This document shows positions 45,340 through 56,547 of a stretch of DNA of 64,000 bases, in pieces. Source of the DNA: a virus (lineage: Duplodnaviria; Heunggongvirae; Uroviricota; Caudoviricetes); IMG/VR virus record IMGVR_UViG_3300027833_000012, positions 48,257 to 112,256 of that record; one strand, written 5' to 3'. The notes beneath the pieces were generated by a model, which saw only the letters and a list, made by a program, of their open reading frames with translations, had not been told where the DNA came from and did no database searches. Both the position numbers and the translations under genes were made by a program. How positions within the stretch are numbered: the stretch's first letter is position 1; every line of letters begins with the position of its first letter.

Positions 45340-45796
45340 TGTTTATTTTTTCTTTAGTTCAGAAACTTCAACCCTTACGTCTTGTGCAATTTTTTTCAAT
45401 TGTTGCATACCCTGTCTTAATCTAGTTCCAGCAGCATTATTTTTTTTGTCATAGAACTTCTCAGCGTCCTCAGTTAAATTACTTAACAATTCTTTTAATT
45501 TTTCAAAATTTTCCATCTATATATTTTTTTTTAATTTTCACTATTATTATCTACACTAGCATTCGTGACTCCACCAGTATAATCATTCCACTTTTTAATC
45601 ATGGAATCTATCATAACTAATTCCTTTAAACATTCTTTAATCTTTAAAGTAGTTGGATTAGTATCATCTTTACTATTTACTAACCTTTGTAAATTCTCTT
45701 CCTGGATTAATTTATCAATTCCAAGTTGCATTAAAACTATTTGTACTATTCTCATATCCAAATATAGTTTTTATATTTGGATAAATAAACCCTTAT

Positions 45797-46222
45797 TTAA
45801 TTAATTTTTAAACTTTTTTCAAGCATTAGGTAAGATTCTATTAGAAGCTCTATATCACCACCAATTTTATTTTTATCATAATTTAATATATTTAACCAAT
45901 CTAATTTTAATTCGTTATTAAGTTCTTCAGTCTTTTCAAAATCCCAATAACTACTATAAAGATATAAATAATAATGTTCAAACGCATTATCATTATGTTC
46001 AAATATAATACCCTCTGATTTAAAATTTTCAATGTTTTTTTCCCAACACCATTTAAAATGTGCGTACTTATCATCGTCATTCATCACATCATCACCTAGA
46101 TAAGTTTGAAATACAATCGATAAAAGAGATTGTGAAAAATCGCTGAATAATTCACATAACTCATACTTAATATTATTTGCACTATAAATCATTTTAACAC
46201 TATGTATACTCATTTTTCTCAT
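45797..46222 (-). CDS. hypothetical protein
   Basis: 141 aa. Confidence 0.4.
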   Translation of the reverse strand: MRKMSIHSVKMIYSANNIKYELCELFSDFSQSLLSIVFQTYLGDDVMNDDDKYAHFKWCWEKNIENFKSEGIIFEHNDNAFEHYYLYLYSSYWDFEKTEELNNELKLDWLNILNYDKNKIGGDIELLIESYLMLEKSLKIN

Positions 46223-46227
46223 AATAC

Positions 46228-47097
46228 TTATATACTTAATAACATATCTATAAGTTCTTGCTGTGGGAACATATCAAATTTATCTTTTCTTGTGTTAGTG
46301 TGTGTCCACATACCTTTAACTCTACCATAATATGCATCCTCGTTGAATTCAAATGCTTTTACACCATTCTTTTTTATTTCTGATATAAGACCATCCCTTA
46401 CTTGTATATTGTCCCTCTCAGCTAAGTATTTAATTAATTTTTCTGCGGACTTTATTTGTTCATCTGAATATTTATGCCATTCACTATATCCTCTAAAAGG
46501 TTTACTTAATTTTACTATTTGTTCTTCTACAACATTAGTTCCAGCATATGTTTTACCATCAGTTAATTGACCAAAATTACATACTTCTATACCTATTGAA
46601 TGTGTATGCATGTATTGTGACCCATTTTTACCTAAATGCCAACCATAACCACCATTTGGTATAGCTTGTAGAATGTTACCATCATAAGTATTTTCATTAC
46701 CCTTAACACTTTGACCACCTATCACAAATTCAGTACATATAGTTCCTCTAGTATCTCTACCCCATTGGTCAATTTGATTATAAGGATTGTGCCAACCAGC
46801 TGTGTGGTGTAAAAATAAATAATCCTTAGATGTTGGACCTGGTTTATATTCTCCGTTAGGTAAGAAGTGTTTAATTATACCTATTTTATTTATATTTTCT
46901 GACATATCTGTAGAAGCCAACATCATAGAGTCCCAAGTTTTTGGGCCTACAATACCGTCAGCAACTAAATTGTTTTTACTTTGCCAAAGTTTAACATGTT
47001 TTTCCGTATTAACACCAAAAATACCATCAGCATTAAGGTTTAAAAACTCTTGTAATAATTTTACATCATCACCAGTACTACCTTTTTTTAATATCAT
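46228..47097 (-). CDS. endolysin: PG-binding domain plus N-acetylmuramoyl-L-alanine amidase (Amidase_2/PGRP)
   Basis: Two PG_binding_1-like repeats (DGIFG..T, DGIVGPKT); FLHHTAG ... HSIGIEVCN zinc-amidase motifs. Confidence 0.75.
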   Translation of the reverse strand: MILKKGSTGDDVKLLQEFLNLNADGIFGVNTEKHVKLWQSKNNLVADGIVGPKTWDSMMLASTDMSENINKIGIIKHFLPNGEYKPGPTSKDYLFLHHTAGWHNPYNQIDQWGRDTRGTICTEFVIGGQSVKGNENTYDGNILQAIPNGGYGWHLGKNGSQYMHTHSIGIEVCNFGQLTDGKTYAGTNVVEEQIVKLSKPFRGYSEWHKYSDEQIKSAEKLIKYLAERDNIQVRDGLISEIKKNGVKAFEFNEDAYYGRVKGMWTHTNTRKDKFDMFPQQELIDMLLSI

Positions 47098-47123
47098 AAC
47101 TTTTTATTAATAAATACCCTTAA

Positions 47124-47157
47124 ACAAAAAAAACTCCCCTTGTGGGAGTTTTTTTAT
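47124..47157. terminator. hairpin terminator aactccccttgtgggagtt
   Basis: Flanked by A-run and T-run. Confidence 0.55.
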
Positions 47158-47217
47158 TATTTAATTTTATTTTTTTATTAACATCCATTTCTACTATATT
47201 CAATTAATTAAAAAATA

Positions 47218-49284
47218 TTAAACATTACTTAACATAGAAAGGATAACTCCAGACATTATATGTGGTTGATAATATTCACCAGGTCTTCTGTCTTGTAATT
47301 TTTTAATGACTTGTGTTAACACTTCTTTTTTTGTGTTAAAATGACTATAAAACATACCTGGGTCATCACCAACAAATGAATTATAATAATCTTCCCCAGC
47401 ATCTTCATCATCATCAAAATTTTCATTTACACTGTTATCTGCTGATTTATTTCTAAGATTTTTTAAATCTTCACCATCAATATCACCATCTTTATCAGTA
47501 TCCATATTATCTGACTGCTTATCACTTAATTCCTCATCAATTGATTCAAGGCCTTCGAATATCTCATCAAATCTATCATTATCTTCACAATCCCCTTCTT
47601 CTTTAATTGGTAAATTAGGACTCTTAGGACCAGCATGTGTGTCATCACCTTTTTTACCCTTTACTGGTAAACCTTTAATAGTTTTACTATGGTTTTCTTC
47701 ATTATCACCATTTACTGGTAAACCTTTAATAGATGGTCCAGAGAATTCTTTAGTAGATTCAGTTAACATATTTGATGTTTTATTCACATTTTCCAATAGA
47801 ACTTTTGTCTTATTCAAAACATCTTTAAATGATGCATTTTCTGTTAATCTTTCACTACCCTTAAGTGTTCCAAGAGTCTCTTGTGATTTATAACCCATAA
47901 GGTGTTTCATATGATTCATGTTTTCACTAATCATATTTTTATCTTCAGCCTTTAAAATTACAGCTCTACCTTCATTTAATGAACCTTCCCATCTGATTTC
48001 ATAATTTTCATTACCGTCTGTCATTTGGAAAGTCTTATCATTTACTTTATAATTTTCTGGTATTAATTGTAAAGCTTTACCTACACCATTAAATGGTTTT
48101 TTAAATCTAAGTCTTTTCATTTTCGTTTCTTTTTTATAATTTTCTTGTATTTTATCTTGTTTAATTTCATCACTAAGTTTAATTAATTCTTTTTTTAACG
48201 TATTAAACTTAGTATATACTGGCCCAACTGCTTGATTACCGTCTTGTGAAAAAAACTTAGTTATTAAGTCTATAGCAGTATTTAAAGTGTTTCGTTCTTT
48301 TGGGTTTAATCCCATTTTAGCTAAATCTTTGCCAGTTTGTTTTGTATTTTTAACTAAATCAGTAGTTGATGTTGAATTATTAATTCCATCAACATCACCT
48401 TCGATAATTAACCTATAAGCTAATTCTTTTATTTGTTTTTTATTCATTGTTATATTTTTTTTACCTTTTGTCTCTAATAATTCATCTTGTAATTTACTAC
48501 TTAGTTTTTTTTTATTTAAATTAAATTTACCACTAAAATTTAATTTATATTGTTTAACTTTATCACCAACCTCATTCAAACTTTTTATTGTTGTATCCCA
48601 TAACCAACTATATTTATTTTTAAAAAAACCTAATAATTTATAAACTTCATCGAAACTATTACCACTCAATTTATTTAAATTAGTAAATACATCAGTAACA
48701 CCACTTAAGAAATCACCTTCAAACTCATTTAATATATTTTTTATCTTACTACCATCTAAGTTCTGTATAGAATCTTTAATCTTACTTACAACACCATTAA
48801 TAATTAAATTAACACTAGAGATTTTCTTGTTAATATATGATAACAATGTGTCTGTTATAATTGATATTAAAAATGTTAACCAACCATTATTAATTTTATC
48901 ATTTAAAAAACTTAATATCTTTTTTAAGTACTTACTTAAACCTTCTTTAAATTTAAGTAAAAATTTAAAACCACCTTCTATTTTATTATTTTTTAATTTA
49001 TTTATAATAATTTCTAAATTATTATCAAAAATATCAAACTCTTTAATTATAAGTTCTGATGACTTTTTTAATTTACTTGTAAAAAAGGTATTAACATCGT
49101 TAAGTAAATTAGGGTTATCTATTAAATTTTTAATTAATAACGCTATTTGACCTGGGGTTTTAACTACATCAACTACATTTTTTTTTGTTTTATCTGCCCA
49201 TTTTTTTAAGTCTTGATAGAATGCTTCTTTAATTAATTCCTCATTAATTAAAACCCTTAATTCTATATCACTATTAATAGACAT
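47218..49284 (-). CDS. large hypothetical protein (virion/internal protein candidate)
   Basis: 688 aa; acidic; C-terminal domain paralogous to that of 49292..50353. Confidence 0.45.
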   Translation of the reverse strand: MSINSDIELRVLINEELIKEAFYQDLKKWADKTKKNVVDVVKTPGQIALLIKNLIDNPNLLNDVNTFFTSKLKKSSELIIKEFDIFDNNLEIIINKLKNNKIEGGFKFLLKFKEGLSKYLKKILSFLNDKINNGWLTFLISIITDTLLSYINKKISSVNLIINGVVSKIKDSIQNLDGSKIKNILNEFEGDFLSGVTDVFTNLNKLSGNSFDEVYKLLGFFKNKYSWLWDTTIKSLNEVGDKVKQYKLNFSGKFNLNKKKLSSKLQDELLETKGKKNITMNKKQIKELAYRLIIEGDVDGINNSTSTTDLVKNTKQTGKDLAKMGLNPKERNTLNTAIDLITKFFSQDGNQAVGPVYTKFNTLKKELIKLSDEIKQDKIQENYKKETKMKRLRFKKPFNGVGKALQLIPENYKVNDKTFQMTDGNENYEIRWEGSLNEGRAVILKAEDKNMISENMNHMKHLMGYKSQETLGTLKGSERLTENASFKDVLNKTKVLLENVNKTSNMLTESTKEFSGPSIKGLPVNGDNEENHSKTIKGLPVKGKKGDDTHAGPKSPNLPIKEEGDCEDNDRFDEIFEGLESIDEELSDKQSDNMDTDKDGDIDGEDLKNLRNKSADNSVNENFDDDEDAGEDYYNSFVGDDPGMFYSHFNTKKEVLTQVIKKLQDRRPGEYYQPHIMSGVILSMLSNV

Positions 49285-49291
49285 TACTTTA

Positions 49292-50353
49292 TTATTTATT
49301 TAATTTATTATCATTTTCACTTAATAGTGATTTTATTTTATCTATCCCATCTCTAAATGAAATATTTTCATTAACACTACCAGTGTCTTCTGATTTATAA
49401 CCCATAAGGTGTTTCATGTGTAACATGTCCTCATTAAGTGTAACTTTATTAGAAGCTTTTGTTACCACTGCTTTACCTTCTGACAATGTTCCTTTCCATA
49501 CCATTTGATATTTCTCATCCCCATCTGTCATTTGGAATACTTTATTATCTATCTTATAAGATTCAGGTATTAAATCTAAAGCGTTTGATAACCCATTAAA
49601 TGGTTTTTTGAATGTTAACCTTTTAATTTTATTTTCACTTATAGCAACCTGTTTTTGTTTTTTATTTTTACCTCTTGGAATAGCAACATCACCCATACCA
49701 TCGTAATTTTGAGCATCAGATTCTTTATCTACCCTAGACTTTATACGCTTACTTAAATTCTTACCGAATTCTGGACCCGTGAACCCAGCTTGGTCAGCCG
49801 TAATAACATTACCCCATTCTGGGTTATTACCCATCCTAGACGAACCCTCTAAAGCTTCTTTAGCTCTTTCACTATAAGTTTCATCTGGTTTGTTATCAAA
49901 TTTAGTCATCTCCAAACCGTTTAAAGTTTCTAATTCATCATGAATTTCTTTTTGTTCTTTAGAATTTTCATATTTCTTAGTAACTTCATCATTCTCCTTT
50001 TCATCCTTTGGAGCTTTATCATACTCAGACATTTTAGAACCAACTTCTTTTTGGTATTCTTTGTTGAATTTTTCACTATCTTTTTGAACCTTTTCAGTAT
50101 CAGATAAACCTTTAGGTTTTTTATCCTCATTAATTTGAGAAATTTTCCAATTACTACCAGTATCACCAATAGTGAAGAAATGTCCATCATCACTTTTAAA
50201 CCTACCACCTTCTAAATTATCAATATAAGTGTAGTTATCACCCTTATCGTTAGGACCATTATTAGCGTTTCTGATATTGTACTTAACACCCTTAACGAAC
50301 TTTTCAGTTATGAAAGTTTCATTTAAATATTTTTTTATTTTATTTTTATTCAT
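49292..50353 (-). CDS. hypothetical protein sharing a C-terminal domain with the preceding gene
   Basis: KRLTFKKPFNGLSNALDLIPESYK...HMKHLMGYKS aligns with KRLRFKKPFNGVGKALQLIPENYK...HMKHLMGYKS. Confidence 0.45.
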   Translation of the reverse strand: MNKNKIKKYLNETFITEKFVKGVKYNIRNANNGPNDKGDNYTYIDNLEGGRFKSDDGHFFTIGDTGSNWKISQINEDKKPKGLSDTEKVQKDSEKFNKEYQKEVGSKMSEYDKAPKDEKENDEVTKKYENSKEQKEIHDELETLNGLEMTKFDNKPDETYSERAKEALEGSSRMGNNPEWGNVITADQAGFTGPEFGKNLSKRIKSRVDKESDAQNYDGMGDVAIPRGKNKKQKQVAISENKIKRLTFKKPFNGLSNALDLIPESYKIDNKVFQMTDGDEKYQMVWKGTLSEGKAVVTKASNKVTLNEDMLHMKHLMGYKSEDTGSVNENISFRDGIDKIKSLLSENDNKLNK

Positions 50354-50393
50354 CTTATGTATTTTTATATAAATATTATAATAAATCTTAAAC

Positions 50394-51734
50394 TTATTTA
50401 TTTCTCTTTATAATAGCTTTAACTTCCTTTATACTTCTACCAGTCTTTCTTGCTATTTCAGCAAAAATGTTTTTACTAATAACTGAGTTTTTACTACCCT
50501 TTGTTTTAACAACACCACTATCACCCTGGTTACAACCTCCGTTTTGAGCCACTTTATTATTATTTAGTTTAGTACAATCGTCTAAATCAACAAACCCACC
50601 ACCTGGATACTGAGTATCTGTCTTTGCGTTTTCATTAACTTTTTTCTTGTTTTGTTTATTTCCAGCATTCCAAAAATCACTACCATCACCAGCTGGTGCA
50701 TCGTAAGCGAAAGTTCCGCTATCACCACCTACTGAAGTTGTTGTTGTGGTTTCTTGTAATTCATCGTCTAAGTTTGATTCGAATTTTTTACTAGTTGATA
50801 AAGGAGCTACAAAAGAACCTGAAGAACTAGCTGTTGTTGTTTCTGACATAGGTACTAATGATTTCATAAGGGCCTCGTCATTACCATAATATTTTTTAAT
50901 ATCTCTAAGGTTTCTAGGTGTAACTATAGCTAAGATATGTTTAAATGGGTCTTTACCCACCTTTAATTTACCACTAACAAATTTATCATTAATAAAATTA
51001 TTAGAACGTTCAGCATCAAAATCACCAACTTGTGATTGACCACAATAATCGTTTACCTCTTCACCACTATTATATGAGTCAAAATGTACAAATGCTTTAC
51101 CTTCCATATGGAAAACTACAACACCGTCTTCTTCTTCATTAGAATAAACCATTTTAAGTGGGTATTGAGAAGCTTCTATACAATCTTCCTCTTCTTCTTC
51201 TGGTGCGTCTGGTTGATTCCATGGTGCGTCTGATGTGTCCATATAATCATCATACTCATTAACCATAGTTTCCATGTTTTCCATAGCTCTATATTCGTTA
51301 CAACCATTTTCAATTTCACTTAAAACTTTAGACATAATTTCCTTAAGTCTATTTTTGTCGTTTTTAAATTTTTCTTTTTTTAATCTACCATTCTCTATAA
51401 GACCAGCAACCTCCATAAGTGAAATCAATTTACCGTACTTTGAATCAGAACTTTCATTAAGACCGTAAACCTCATTTATGAAATCTTCATATAATTTTCC
51501 CATTTCTTTTTTAACACCACTATCTAATGACTTTGAGAAATTTTTTGTAACTTTATTACTAGGCATGCTATTTTTTGGGACTGATTTACCAGCAATAACA
51601 TCTTCGGTTGAAAGTTCCCTCATTTCCATTTCTTGTAACATTTTATATTGTTTTTCAGAAACCTTAAGGGTTTTGTTATTGGTTCTATTAGAAATCATCT
51701 TAGCTTGCGATTCTGTGATTTTTAATCTTTTCAT
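50394..51734 (-). CDS. hypothetical acidic protein
   Basis: 446 aa. Confidence 0.45.
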   Translation of the reverse strand: MKRLKITESQAKMISNRTNNKTLKVSEKQYKMLQEMEMRELSTEDVIAGKSVPKNSMPSNKVTKNFSKSLDSGVKKEMGKLYEDFINEVYGLNESSDSKYGKLISLMEVAGLIENGRLKKEKFKNDKNRLKEIMSKVLSEIENGCNEYRAMENMETMVNEYDDYMDTSDAPWNQPDAPEEEEEDCIEASQYPLKMVYSNEEEDGVVVFHMEGKAFVHFDSYNSGEEVNDYCGQSQVGDFDAERSNNFINDKFVSGKLKVGKDPFKHILAIVTPRNLRDIKKYYGNDEALMKSLVPMSETTTASSSGSFVAPLSTSKKFESNLDDELQETTTTTSVGGDSGTFAYDAPAGDGSDFWNAGNKQNKKKVNENAKTDTQYPGGGFVDLDDCTKLNNNKVAQNGGCNQGDSGVVKTKGSKNSVISKNIFAEIARKTGRSIKEVKAIIKRNK

Positions 51735-51735
51735 A

Positions 51736-51990
51736 TTATACTGATTTATTTTTTAATGTTGTAGTCCAAAACCCACGCTTAACCCAAAGAGTCTTGTAAA
51801 GTTGTGTAATTACATTCTTAGTTATTTCAACAACCTTATCTTCTAAGGCTTTTTCATTTTTAATTCTATCTTTAACTATTTTTTCAATTTTACTTTTAAA
51901 ATCATTAGTATCTAAATAACTTTTAACCTCTTTTTTAACATCAGATTTAGATATCTCTTCCTTTAGTATTTTTCTTATTGAATTTTTCAT
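51736..51990 (-). CDS. hypothetical protein
   Basis: 84 aa; Lys-rich. Confidence 0.35.
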   Translation of the reverse strand: MKNSIRKILKEEISKSDVKKEVKSYLDTNDFKSKIEKIVKDRIKNEKALEDKVVEITKNVITQLYKTLWVKRGFWTTTLKNKSV

Positions 51991-52024
51991 AATTAACTTT
52001 TATTATAAATATTAGTAATAACAA

Positions 52025-52050
52025 TAAAAGCCCTATTCGGGCCTTTTTTT
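52025..52050. terminator. hairpin plus T-run terminator
   Basis: aagccctattcgggcc then ttttttt. Confidence 0.5.
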
Positions 52051-52480
52051 AGAGTACTAATTTAGCACTATTAGGTTTTATACTTAATTCATATTCTATC
52101 AACCCATCATCCCTATAATCAAGTTTACCGAAATCAACCTCAACAATTTCACACTTATTTATTTCCCATATCTCAAGTACAACCCCAGTTGGGTCTAACA
52201 AAGATAATTGAATGTCAAAATTTGAACCTTCAGTTAAGGTTTTATATACTTCTTTTATTGTTGAATTCGTAACGGTATCTCTTAGTCTTATTTTCATTAA
52301 ACTAATTTCATACTTTTTCCAGAAATTCCACCATTTAGTTTTTTTAAATTTAGGTCTTTCAAACGAGCTAACCAATTGTTCATTCAAACCATCATCACCC
52401 ATTATTTTTAGTACCCAAAGATTTGATTTCTTAGGTTCATAATGAACCACCTTTGTATTATAAGTTTCCCCTATTTTCAT
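52049..52480 (-). CDS. hypothetical protein
   Basis: 143 aa. Confidence 0.4.
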   Translation of the reverse strand: MKIGETYNTKVVHYEPKKSNLWVLKIMGDDGLNEQLVSSFERPKFKKTKWWNFWKKYEISLMKIRLRDTVTNSTIKEVYKTLTEGSNFDIQLSLLDPTGVVLEIWEINKCEIVEVDFGKLDYRDDGLIEYELSIKPNSAKLVL

Positions 52481-52514
52481 AACATTAATGTTTTAATAAT
52501 AAATATACGTTATA

Positions 52515-52994
52515 TTATTTTATCAATAATATAGTTGCTATTGGTAGAATACCCGCTGATATAAATCCGAAAACCTTAAGCCTTTTTTGTCTCCTAGTTT
52601 CCTTTATTTGTAATCTAAGGTTTTCATTAATAATTTCAATCTCTTTATTTTTATTTTTAACAACCACATTCAAATTATCAACCTTACTCACATAATTAGA
52701 ATTCTTATTGATTAATTTTCTAATCATGTCTTCTTGTAGTGTGATTGTTTTAGTATTTAAAGTATCTTTTCTCTTATAAACAATTAACAAACTATCAGCA
52801 TACTTTTTTTCTAGAACATCCCTAAGTAGGATTTTAGCATCCTTATATGATAATACTATGTTAGACCCACCAAATGAATCTTTAACGACTGATACCCTCT
52901 CTTTTTTATTTACTTTCGAGATATTCTGAGAGTGACCTTGCAACCCCATCAGCATCAAGCCCATCAACAAAATGACGTAATTTACTTTTTTCAT
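52515..52994 (-). CDS. secreted/membrane-anchored protein
   Basis: N-terminal signal peptide; C-terminal TM. Confidence 0.4.
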   Translation of the reverse strand: MKKVNYVILLMGLMLMGLQGHSQNISKVNKKERVSVVKDSFGGSNIVLSYKDAKILLRDVLEKKYADSLLIVYKRKDTLNTKTITLQEDMIRKLINKNSNYVSKVDNLNVVVKNKNKEIEIINENLRLQIKETRRQKRLKVFGFISAGILPIATILLIK

Positions 52995-53257
52995 CTTCTA
53001 ATTCTTTAATTTTTATTTCACTTAATTCTAATTTATCCTTAATTGTATCCAACTTTTTATCTATGATTGATATCTCTTTATCTAATTTTAAATTTACTAG
53101 AATTAAACTATCATTTTTCTTTAATAAATTTTTATTATCAACCTTTAACTTATTTAATATTTTTTCATTATTATCTGTAACAAGTGAAGGTCCAAATACA
53201 ACCATCCCTATCAATATGATAGTTAAGGATATAATTAATATTGTTTTTAAATCAATT

Positions 53258-53728
53258 TTATAATTCATCGTTTGTTTTATTTGAATATTCTTTTCTCATT
53301 CTTTCTTCCCACTCGATTTTAAAGTTTTCACCAAATGCATTTAGTTTTTTAATTTGATTAGCTAACTTATCATCTAATTCTACATTATCCATGTTGATAT
53401 ACATACCATCATTTACTGATACTTGCCATTCTAAACCACTCTTAAGTTTACCGTTAAAAATAGCATTACCATTTTCTGGGTATAATTTAAAAAAACCAAA
53501 ATCTGAGGGACCAACTTGTTCCACAAAAGAATCTTGTTGTTCAAGAGCTTCTTGGTTACCTAAATCTTCACCATCAGAGACTTCAGTTTCCTCAGTATCG
53601 ACAATATCATCATTAGCCTCACCACCTAAATTATCTTCTAAATTTTCAATTAATTTTTTTCTACTATTACTCTCAGCTTTCCTTATTGTTTCAAGCATCG
53701 ATTTAGTTATATCGTGTTCTTTACTCAT
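53258..53728 (-). CDS. hypothetical acidic protein
   Basis: 156 aa. Confidence 0.4.
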   Translation of the reverse strand: MSKEHDITKSMLETIRKAESNSRKKLIENLEDNLGGEANDDIVDTEETEVSDGEDLGNQEALEQQDSFVEQVGPSDFGFFKLYPENGNAIFNGKLKSGLEWQVSVNDGMYINMDNVELDDKLANQIKKLNAFGENFKIEWEERMRKEYSNKTNDEL

Positions 53729-53734
53729 AATCTT

Positions 53735-54349
53735 TTATATTTCTTCTACTTTATTTTTAAATAATTTAAAATCCCAGGCTGGACTTAAATCCGTATAACC
53801 CTTATTAAAATTACTCTTATAAAAAACTCCATTATCATTTGATTCGTTTTTTATAATTGTATTATTGTCAATCACATTCAACGGTATGTCAAATGTTTTA
53901 GATAATTCTTTAACTAAGTTAATTGCAGAATTAAATTGTTCCTCACTGTAAGGTGCCCAATATCTAAAATTTCTCCATTTTTTATTGAATATTGAGTCAT
54001 CTCTTTTATAAATAGTCCCAACATAATTAACATACTCTTTTTCGTTTAACAAATTTTTATTCAACCAACCCTCATTCTCTATTAATATGGATATAATTGA
54101 TTCGTCAAGTTTAATATCGTTAGTGAAGTTTGAGAAATATTTAGGTGGGAAGTGTTGGTGAATTTCACCATTTAAAGATACTGTAAACATAGCAGTTTTT
54201 TTATATTCACCACCATTTCTTTTTGACCAACCTATTGTATGTTGCATATCACTAGAAAAGGTATTACCAAGAACAATTCTGGTCTTGATAGTACCTTCAC
54301 TTATATAATTCTTACCACTTAATGTGTAGTCATTTTTATTTATTTTCAT
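53735..54349 (-). CDS. possible Amidase_2/PGRP-like cell-wall hydrolase
   Basis: ISILIENEGW and YWAPYSEEQFNSAINLVKEL resemble amidase_2 conserved blocks; weak. Confidence 0.35.
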   Translation of the reverse strand: MKINKNDYTLSGKNYISEGTIKTRIVLGNTFSSDMQHTIGWSKRNGGEYKKTAMFTVSLNGEIHQHFPPKYFSNFTNDIKLDESIISILIENEGWLNKNLLNEKEYVNYVGTIYKRDDSIFNKKWRNFRYWAPYSEEQFNSAINLVKELSKTFDIPLNVIDNNTIIKNESNDNGVFYKSNFNKGYTDLSPAWDFKLFKNKVEEI

Positions 54350-55598
54350 TACTACCCTTTTTAAAGATTAAATTATTAGGGTCGTCACCCTTAGTAATCT
54401 TATTGGTACCCACTCTATTTACATTACCAGAATTTTCATCTCTATTAGGTATTTTAACTGAAAAACCTCTTTCCCTTTCTTTTATCTCCCTTATATCACC
54501 TCTAACTATTTTCTTAACTTTATTTGACTTATCCTTAAATTTTACCGCATCATTTGCCGCATCAGAATCAGTTATAGTAGGTTTTACTGGTTCACTTTCA
54601 ATAACTTTAGGTGTTTCAATAATCACTGGGTTCTTTAATTTTATTTTATCATCAGTAACTTCTAATTCTGGTGTAGGTGCGTTATCTACACTATAATGAA
54701 GTTTTGGCTCATTTGCATACACACCAGGACTTACAAATACTTTATCAGTATTAGGTGGTGTTGGATTGTTTGGCTCATCACCATTTGATTCGTCGTCAAT
54801 ATCACCCTTATTAACTATTTTATTAAATACAATTACCATTAATACTGCCATAGGGTCACCAATCACAATTAATAATAATATAAACCACTTCATAACTTCA
54901 TCCATAGATTTACCAGTTACTGTTGATAAGTATTTCAATGAATTCAATTCACTAGCACCTTCATTGTTTTGATTTAATTCAATAACCTTTAGAGAATTAG
55001 AGTTGATACTATCGTTAATCACACCTAACTTATTACTTAATCCGTTAATTTCATTCTCAATAATCTTGATATCATTGTTAGCATCTGATATTATTTTCTC
55101 AGTCTTTTTAGCTGAACTATACCATCTTTTATTATATAGTGAATCTAACCTAACCTCTTGTTGTGACCTAACCTCTAGAATTTTATTTATCCTACTTCTT
55201 TTAAGTTTTATATCCTCATTTAAATTTACCTTATTCTCGATTAGTAACTTACTCTTACCTTCAATTAATTCTATTTTATTTTCAGTAACTATCATTGAAT
55301 TAAAAGATTCTTGATATGAAGTACTTAAAAAACCATATATACCAACGGAAGTGATTATCATTGAAATAAGAATACCTAAAGAAAGACATATTGAATAGAA
55401 TAAACCTATTTTTTTATTGTAAGTGTGTATTGCTGATGTTGCAACAATTTTAGCAATCTCTATTGAAGAGAATAATAACAACCCTAGAGTACCAGCACCC
55501 GAAAATACTTTAAGTAAACCGTTGACTGATACATAAGCAACTATAGCAGCCATAGTAACTGCCATAAGTAAAACTAAATATAATAATATCTTTTTCAT
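54336..55598 (-). CDS. membrane protein with coiled-coil and Pro-rich C-terminal region
   Basis: 420 aa; 4 N-terminal TM helices. Confidence 0.45.
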   Translation of the reverse strand: MKKILLYLVLLMAVTMAAIVAYVSVNGLLKVFSGAGTLGLLLFSSIEIAKIVATSAIHTYNKKIGLFYSICLSLGILISMIITSVGIYGFLSTSYQESFNSMIVTENKIELIEGKSKLLIENKVNLNEDIKLKRSRINKILEVRSQQEVRLDSLYNKRWYSSAKKTEKIISDANNDIKIIENEINGLSNKLGVINDSINSNSLKVIELNQNNEGASELNSLKYLSTVTGKSMDEVMKWFILLLIVIGDPMAVLMVIVFNKIVNKGDIDDESNGDEPNNPTPPNTDKVFVSPGVYANEPKLHYSVDNAPTPELEVTDDKIKLKNPVIIETPKVIESEPVKPTITDSDAANDAVKFKDKSNKVKKIVRGDIREIKERERGFSVKIPNRDENSGNVNRVGTNKITKGDDPNNLIFKKGSNENK

Positions 55599-55618
55599 TT
55601 CTTTTTTATTTATAAATA

Positions 55619-56461
55619 TTAATCATTTATTATATCAAATAAATTATGAGCATTATGTCTAAGTTTTCTTAACGCTTTTTCTTTTATTTGTCTTATCCTT
55701 TCCTTTGTTAAACCATATCTACCCCCAATATCTTCAAGGGTCATATGTTCAAAACTTTTATTAACACCATAATAACATTCAACTATTTCTCTTTCTCTTT
55801 CTGAAAGTAACCCTAACATAATGTCAAGTTCTTCTTTAACCATATTTTCATTATCTAAAAACATATCGTCTGTATAACTAGATTTATCCTCAATTAATTG
55901 TTGTAATTCACTACCATCTTCATTGATAGATTCATTTAAAGAAGAACACTTTGGTAATGAGCTTATATCTAAAACATCATCATTACCTATAAAGTCATCA
56001 TACGTTGCTTCTCGTTCATTATTAAACTCAAACCTTTCAAAGTGTTTCTTTGAACTTGATAATTTATTAATAATATTAGAAGGTAATCTAATAGTTCTTG
56101 AGTTATCGTTTAAACTTTGTTTTATACTCTGTCTAACCCACCATACAGCATATGATATAAAACGAAAACCCCTGGTATGGTCAAAACGTGAAGCCGCTTT
56201 TACCATACCAAGGTTTCCTTCATTTATTAAATCCCCAAGTGTTAAACCTTGACCTTGATATTCTTTAGCAACTGAAATTACAAACTTTAAATTTGATTCA
56301 ACTAATTTATTAAGTGCCTTTTGGTCACCATCCTTAATTCTTATTGCTAATTCAACTTCTTCTTCTGGGGTTATTAACGATGTTTTTCTAATTTCATTAA
56401 AGTAATTAGAAATAGTTTCATCATTAACTGTATTTACGTATGTTTTACTCATCTTTTTCAT
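55619..56461 (-). CDS. sigma-70 family RNA polymerase sigma factor
   Basis: Region 2 FISYAVWWVRQSI; region 4.2 LTLEDIGGRYGLTKERIRQIKEKALRKLR. Confidence 0.8.
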   Translation of the reverse strand: MKKMSKTYVNTVNDETISNYFNEIRKTSLITPEEEVELAIRIKDGDQKALNKLVESNLKFVISVAKEYQGQGLTLGDLINEGNLGMVKAASRFDHTRGFRFISYAVWWVRQSIKQSLNDNSRTIRLPSNIINKLSSSKKHFERFEFNNEREATYDDFIGNDDVLDISSLPKCSSLNESINEDGSELQQLIEDKSSYTDDMFLDNENMVKEELDIMLGLLSEREREIVECYYGVNKSFEHMTLEDIGGRYGLTKERIRQIKEKALRKLRHNAHNLFDIIND

Positions 56462-56547
56462 TTTTTAATCTATATTATTTACGTCACTCGGAACATATTA
56501 ATATACGTAAAAAACTGAAAAAGTAAACTATTTTTGACTACTTTTTT

